This document shows positions 57,455 through 64,000 of a stretch of DNA of 64,000 bases, piece after piece. Location: assembly GCA_963748015.1 (NCBI GenBank), contig CAVVHE010000006.1, forward strand, positions 204,828-268,827. The letters are read 5' to 3'. The notes under the pieces were generated by a model. The model was not told the origin of the DNA, made no database searches, and saw only the letters and a program-made list of their open reading frames with translations. This DNA comes from Terriglobia bacterium (lineage in GTDB: Bacteria; Acidobacteriota; Polarisedimenticolia; Polarisedimenticolales; JAIQFR01). The position numbers and the translations under genes were made by a program. Each line of letters starts with the position of its first letter. Positions within the stretch are counted from its first letter, which is position 1.

Positions 57455-60400
57455 CTACGCACCGCCCCCCGTCCGAGGCTGGCACGCGTCCCCGACGCCG
57501 TCCTTGTCCACGTCCAACTGGTCGGGGTTGGCGACCGCGGGACAGTTGTCGATTTCGTTGGGAACGCCGTCGCCGTCCACGTCGGGATCGCAGGCGTCGC
57601 CGATGCCGTCGCGGTCGAAGTCGCCCTGATCGGGGTTCGAGACCTCGGGACAGTTGTCGCACGCGTCGCCCCAGCCGTCCTTGTCGGCGTCGCCCTGGTC
57701 GGCGTTGGCGGCGTTCGGGCAGTTGTCGTGGACGTCGGGCACGCCGTCCTTCTCGAGATCGGCGAGGAGCGCGCCGCAGGGGTTCGGGTTGGGCCGCTCG
57801 GTACCGCCGCTCCGCTGTCCGAGGCTGGACTCCGCGCAGTCCGGGGCCTTGCGCGAGACCAGGTAGAAGTACGCCTGGCCAGGCACCGGCGTGTCGGTGT
57901 CGTCCACGCTCGGTCCGGGGACCCCCTGGGCGAAACAGGCGTGGTTGTATGCGAACGGGCCGCCGGGGAGGATCGTTCCCCGGTATAGGTTGAACGGGCC
58001 GGCCTCCGTTTCCGTCCAGTCGACGGTCGTCGTGCCGGTCCCCTTGTCGTGGCTCGCCGCGACCGTGTTGCCCAGCGGGTTGCTCGACGCGACGACGTCC
58101 GCCGGGCAATCGGCGGAGCTCCCGGTGCAGTACTCCGGCGGGTCGCAGGACGCAACCGGGGCCCGGCATTCGAGCGTCGGCGGCTGGAACCCGTTGGCCG
58201 GGCATGCCGGGTCGGTTCCCGTGCAGAGCTCGGCGACGTCGCAGTCGCCGCCCGACGCCCGGCACTGCACCGTATCGGGCTCGAGCACGTCCGGCGGGCA
58301 GAGGTCGCCGGCGCCGTCGCAGGACTCCGCGACGTCGCAGGCGCCTCCGAGCGGCCGGCAAACCGCGGTGCTCTTCGCGTCGGCGGGGCAGTCGTTGGCC
58401 ACGCCGTCGCAGAGCTCGGCGAGGTCGCAATCACCGGCGGCCGCTCGGCACTCCGCTGTGCTCTTCGCGTCGGCCGGGCAATCGTTGGTCACGCCGTCGC
58501 AAAGCTCGGCGAGGTCGCACCCACCCGCGGCCGCGCGGCATTCCGTGATGCTCTTCGCGTCGGCCGGGCAGGCGGCGCTCGAACCGGTGCAGAGCTCGGG
58601 CAGGTCACAGGCTCCGGCGGCCGCGCGGCACTCCAGGGTCGGTGGCTGGAAGCCATCGGCCGGGCAGGCCGGGTCGGCCCCCGTGCAGAGCTCGGCGACG
58701 TCGCAGTCGCCGTTCGGGGCACGGCATTGCACGGTATTGGGCTCGAGCGCGTCCGGCGGGCAGAGGTCGCCGGCGCCGTCGCAGGACTCCGCGACGTCGC
58801 ACGCGCCTCCGGGCGCCCTGCATATCGCAGTGCTCTTCGCGTCGGCGGGGCAGTCGTTGGCCACGCCGTCGCAGAGCTCGGCGAGGTCGCAATCACCGGC
58901 GGCCGCCCGGCACTCCGCTGTGCTCTTCGTGTCGGCCGGGCAATCGTTGGTCACGCCGTCGCAGAGCTCGGCGAGGTCGCACCCACCCGCGGACGCGCGG
59001 CATTCCGTGATGCTCTTCGCGTCGGCCGGGCAGGCGGCGCTCGAACCGGTGCAGAGCTCGGGTAGGTCGCAGCCTCCCGCCGCGGCCCGGCACTCCAGGG
59101 TCGGTGGCTGGAACCCATCGGCCGGGCAGGCCGGGTCGGCCCCCGTGCAGAACTCGGCGACGTCGCAGTCGCCGTTCGGGGCACGGCATTGCACGGTATT
59201 GAGCTCGAGCGCGTCCGGCGGGCAGAGGTCGCCGACGCCGTCGCAGGACTCCGCAACGTCGCACGCGCCTCCGGGCGCCCTGCATATCGCAGTGCTCTTC
59301 GCGTCGGTGGGGCAGTCGTTGGCCACGCCGTCGCAGAGCTCGGCGAGATCGCAGTCGCCGGCGGCCGCTCGGCACTCCGCGGTGCTCTTGACGTCGGCCG
59401 GGCAGGCGGCGCTCGAACCGGTGCAGAGCTCGGGCAGGTCGCAGCCTCCCGCCGCGGCCCGGCACTCCAGGGTCGGTGGCTGGAACCCATCGACCGGACA
59501 CGCCGGGTCGGTTCCCGTGCAGAGCTCGGCGACGTCGCACGTCGCCGTTCGGGGCCCGGCATTGCACGGTGTTGGGCTCGAGCGCGTCCGGCGGGCAGAG
59601 GTCGCCGGCGCCGTCGCAGGACTCCGCGACGTCGCAGGCGCCTCCGGGCGGCCGGCAAACCGCGGTGCTCTTCGCGTCGGCGGGGCAGTCGTTGGCCACG
59701 CCGTCGCAAAGCTCGGCGAGGTCGCAATCACCGGCGGCCGCTCGGCACTCCGCTGTGCTCTTCGCGTCGGCCGGGCAGTCGTTGGTCACGCCGTCGCAGA
59801 GCTCGGCGAGGTCGCACCCACCCGCGGCCGCGCGGCATTCCGTGATGCTCTTCGCGTCGGCCGGGCAGGCGGCGCTCGAACCGGTGCAGAGCTCGGGTAG
59901 GTCGCAGCCTCCCGCCGCGGCCCGGCACTCCAGGCTCGGCGGCTGGAAGCCATCGACCGGACACGCCGGGTCGGTTCCCGTGCAGAACTCGGCGACGTCG
60001 CAGTCGCCGTTCGGGGCACGGCATTGCACGGTATTGGGCTCGAGCGCGTCCGGCGGGCAGAGGTCGCCGGCGCCGTCGCAGGACTCCGCGACGTCGCAGG
60101 CGCCTCCGGGCGGCCGGCAAACCGCGGTGCTCTTCGCGTCGGTGGGGCAGTCGTTGGCCACGCCGTCGCAAAGCTCGGCGAGGTCGCAATCACCGGCGGC
60201 CGCTCGGCACTCCGCGGTGCTCTTGACGTCGGCCGGGCAATCGTTGCCCGCGCCGTCGCAGAGCTCGGCGAGATCGCAGTCGCCGGCGGCCGCTCGGCAC
60301 TCCGCGGTGCTCTTGACGTCGGCCGGGCAAGCGGCGCTCGAACCGGTGCAGAGCTCGGGTAGGTCGCAGCCGCCCGCCGCGGCCCGGCACTCCAGGCTCG

Positions 60401-63400
60401 GCGGCTGGAAGCCATCGACCGGGCAGGCCGGGTCGGTTCCCGTGCAGAGCTCGGCGACGTCGCACGCGCCGTTCGGGGCCCGGCATTGCACTGTACTGGG
60501 CTCGAGCGCGTCGGGCGGGCAGAGGTCGCCGGCGCCGTCGCAGGATTCCGCGACGTCGCACGCGCCTGCCGGAGGCCGGCAAACCGCGGTGCTCTTCGCG
60601 TCGGTGGGGCAGTCGTTGGCCACGCCGTCGCAAAGCTCGGCGAGGTCGCACGCGCCGATGGACGCGCGGCATTCCGTGGTGCGCTTCGCGTCGGCCGGGC
60701 AGGCGGCGCTCGATCCGGTGCAGAGCTCGGGCAAGTCACAGGCTCCGGCGGCCGCGCGGCACTCCAGGGTCGGTGGCTGGAAGCCATCGACCGGGCACGC
60801 CGGGTCGGTTCCCGTGCAGAGCTCGGCGACGTCGCAGTCGCCGCCCGACGCCCGGCACTGCACCGTGTCGGGCTCGAGCGCGTCCGGCGGGCAGAGGTCG
60901 CCGACGCCGTCGCAGGATTCCGCGACGTCGCACGCGCCTCCGGGCGGCCGGCAAACCGCGGTGCTCTTCGCGTCGGCCGGGCAGTCGTCGGACGTGCCGT
61001 CGCAGAGCTCGGCGAGATCGCAGCCGCCGGCGGACGCGCGGCACTCCGCGGTGCCCTTCGCGTCGGCCGGGCAGACAGAGCTCGCTCCGGTGCAGAAGTC
61101 GGGCAGGTCGCAGGCCCCCACCGCGGCCCGGCACTCCAGCGTCGGTGGCTGGAAGGTGTCGGCCGGGCAGCTGTTCGTCACGCCATCGCAGAATTCGGCG
61201 GCGTCGCAGAACCCGGCCGGCTCGCGGCACACCGCGGTGCTCTTCGCGTCCGGCGGGCAGCTGGGGCTGCTCCCGTCGCACAGATCCGGTGCGTCGCACT
61301 CGCCGGCGGCCGCGCGGCAAACCGCGCCGGCGTTGCCCGGGGAGAAGACGCATCCGGACGCGGGCACGCAGACGTCGGAGGTGCAGGCATTGCCGTCGTC
61401 GCAGTTGACGAGGGGATACGAGCACTCGGCCTGGCCGGAGCAGAGGTCGAGCGTGCAGGCGTTGCCGTCGTCGCACGGGTTGGGGCCCGGTACGCAGGCG
61501 CCCGCGACGCAGCTGTCGGGGGCGGTGCACGGGTCGTTGTCGCTGCAGGAGCCGGCGTCGGTGACGGCCGTCACGGCCGTCGCCGAGTCGTTCGCCGGGT
61601 TCGGATCCGTGCCCTGGGAGGTCACCGTCGCGGTGTTGGAGATCTGCACGTTGCCGACGCACCAGGCCACCTTGACCACCAGGGTGATCGTCGCGGACTG
61701 GCCGACGGCGAGGGCCCCGGAGCAGGCGACCGTTCCCGTCCCGCCCGCCGGAGGCGCGACGCAGGTCCAGCCGTTCGTCGCGGATACCGACTCGAACATC
61801 ACGCCCGCCGGGAGAGTGTCGTGCGCGGTGGCGCGGTCGTGAATCGGGCCGTTGTTGGTCACGACGATCGTGTAGGTGAGGCTGCCGCCGGTCGCGACGG
61901 GCTCCGGACCGGCCTCCTCCGCGATCGCGAGGTCGCTTCCCGGGATCGCGCAGTTCTTCGAGATGGCGAGCAGGTAGTCCTGGCTCGCGGCGGTCGTGAT
62001 CGTCCCGGAGACCTTGACGTAGTAGGTGCCGGTCGTGCGGATCCGGTAGACCAGCGATTCCCCGGCGAATGCGGGCGTCGTCGCCGTCGGGCCGACGCCG
62101 GGAATCGGGGTCGCCGTCACGCTCGCGGCGCTCCCGTTGACTCCGAGGAGACTCGTGGTCCCGTCCGGCGCGTAGAGCGTCAAGACGCCGTCCAGGGCGG
62201 TGCCATCGCGGTTCGCGTCACCGTCGAGGCCGACCAGCAGCTCGTCCCCGGCGTTCGCGGTGAACGCGAAGTAGTCGGTGTCCGTGCTCGCCGACAGGGT
62301 CCCCTTGAAGTAGTCGTTTCCGGCGGAGTTCGCCGCGGCCGCGGAGTTGTTGGGCTCGTTCTCGATCGTGGCATCCGCGATCGGCGGCTCGAGGAACGAG
62401 TACAACCGGTACGGGTCGACCAACGTCGAGGCGCCGTAGCCTCCCACGCTCAGATACGTCGCGCCGGCAGGCAGAACCGCCCCGGCGAGTACCGACTCGT
62501 AGCCGGAGGCGCCGAACGCCGCGTCGCCGTCGTCGTCGTCGAACTCCCAGACGTTTGCGGCGTCCGTCATTCGCAGGCGCGTGTCGCCGGAAGCCGACGC
62601 GCTCCCGTCGATCATCGCGAACGCCCGCCAGCCGGCGCCGGGGGCGCCGAGGACGTAGTAGTCGTAATCGCCCGCGGTGATCGCGCCTTCCTTTCCGCAG
62701 GCGAGGGCGTTGGCCGTCGCCGGCGCATCGTTGGCTTCGGCCTCCGGGTCGCACGCGGTCGCCTCGAGGACGAACCCGGCGCCGGCCGGGGCGGTCTCGT
62801 CCACGAAGACGTGGACCGTCTCGCCCGAGGCCATCGTCTGGCAGGCGACCGCCTCGGTCGCATAGAGGCCGGTCGAGGTCGTCGTGCGGTTCGCCGCCGA
62901 GTTGCAGCCCACGACGGCCGGCGCCGGCAGCGTCGAGCCGGGGCAGGTCGCGGCCGTGTACAGTACCGGGTTGCCCGTCGTGCTTCCGTAGTTGCTCACC
63001 CGGAACGAGTACTTGCCGCTCGCGGGCGCGGTGAAGGCGTAGACGACGTCCTTGCCGACCGCGGTCGAGGCGATCTGGCCGGCGCCCGCGAAGCAGGCCG
63101 AGCCGGAGGCCAGCTCGTAGTCGTCGAGCGCGTGGACCGTGGTGCCGGCGACCGGCGTGTTCAGGGCCAGCGGGAGCGGCGCGAAGCAGTTGTCGTTCGC
63201 CGGCGGCAGCGCCTGGGCGATCGACAGCTGGATGTTCCCGTAGGTCGGCGCCGCCGTCCCGGCGGTGCCGGCCACGACGTAGTAGGTCGTGCCGGCGTAC
63301 AGGACCGTCGACACCGTGGATCGAGTGGTTCCGCCCGAGCACGCCGTGTCGTTGTCGTTGCAGGCGACCAGCGTGAACGGCCCGCCGCACGAGGACCCCG

Positions 63401-64000
63401 TGTACACGCCGAGGACCGTGTCGGTCGCCGTCGTTCCCGGCGCGGCGGCCTGACACGTGGTGATCGTGTAGGTGGCGGTCACGGCCGGCGTGAAGGTGTA
63501 CCACGCCGTGTGCGACGCGGTGGCGCAGAACGCCGGATCGCCCGCCGTCGTCGCGGCCGTGACGTCCACCGTGGCCGCCAGGTACGGGAACGGCCCGGCG
63601 CCCGGGATCCCCTGTGCGCCGGAGCAGTCGTCGTTGGCCGGCGGCAGCGGCGGCGCCGCCTCGTTGCCGATGACGAGGTAGTCGTCTCCCGGGGTGATCG
63701 CGGCCGAGCTGACGATGCCGGTCGCCGGCGACGTCGCGGTCGTCCCACCGCGGGAGGCGTACGTGCCGTCCGCGGTGCTCGCCTGGGAAACACCGGCGGT
63801 CGAGGGGGAGCCGATCGTGTCGTCGGCGCCATACGACAGCTGCACCGTGGCGGTGGTCGTGCTGAACACGTTCGCCGTGTTCTGGATCCGGAAGTACCGT
63901 GCCGGGTTGAGGAAGACCAGCGGCGCCGCGGGGTGCCTCCGTGTTTCCGTCGAACGCCCGAGCGGTGTACGTCTGCAGCGCGCCGTTCGAATGGAAGTTG
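57455..64000 (-). CDS. Giant secreted Cys-rich multidomain protein (more than 2100 aa, 5' end outside window), apparent frameshifts at 59540 and about 63930
   Basis: PANDxC modules, EPNN/PPC-like domains, DUF11-like domain (SDL...[10 protein letters not shown]...DPNPANDS), CDDGNACT repeats, 35 disintegrin-like repeats, conserved C-terminal domain, TSP3 repeats. ORFs 58893..63869 and 57455..59731 join at 59540. Confidence 0.85.
58095..61330 (-). repeat. Coding tandem array of 35 units (90-96 bp) in 372/462-bp higher-order repeats
   Basis: Near-identical DNA at a 462-bp period (for example 58439 vs 58901); unit CRxxxGxCDxxExCxGxxxxCPxD; units counted by hand. Confidence 0.9.

Noticed and set aside
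58095..61330. CRISPR array or DGR-type repeats
   Set aside because: Repeats are contiguous, codon-phased and protein-coding, with no unique spacers, cas genes or reverse transcriptase.

Overview
GC-rich (roughly 70% by eye) bacterial chromosomal window with about 45 CDSs and no rRNA, tRNA, CRISPR array or transposase that I can support. The gene inventory (Ser/Thr kinase with TolB-like propeller, PufC-like diheme cytochrome, Oar-type TonB receptor, ECF sigma/zf-HC2/CHAT trio, large Cys-rich secreted proteins) suggests an Acidobacteriota genome; this is inference. Five apparent single-base frameshifts, mostly in G/C homopolymers, point to an imperfectly polished long-read assembly. Most interesting blocks: (1) 46.3-57.4 kb, a GntR-centred putative cyanophycin/polyamide utilisation locus (TonB receptor, secreted cyanophycinase, CapA-family protein, M20 peptidase, YfcC transporter, amidohydrolase, M14 peptidase) with no canonical isoaspartyl dipeptidase. 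(2) 16.3-26.7 kb, two paralogous secreted C2-like + metzincin-like proteins beside a translationally coupled ECF sigma / anti-sigma / exported TPR-CHAT operon. (3) A shared ~90-100 aa Cys-bracketed C-terminal domain on three secreted proteins, a candidate sorting domain. (4) A giant secreted protein with 35 disintegrin-like repeats in a higher-order array. (5) A nested 24+24 bp REP-like insertion in frame inside a kinase domain. Also present: a czcCBA-like metal efflux cluster, a TerC remnant, sbtAB and System II cytochrome c biogenesis genes.
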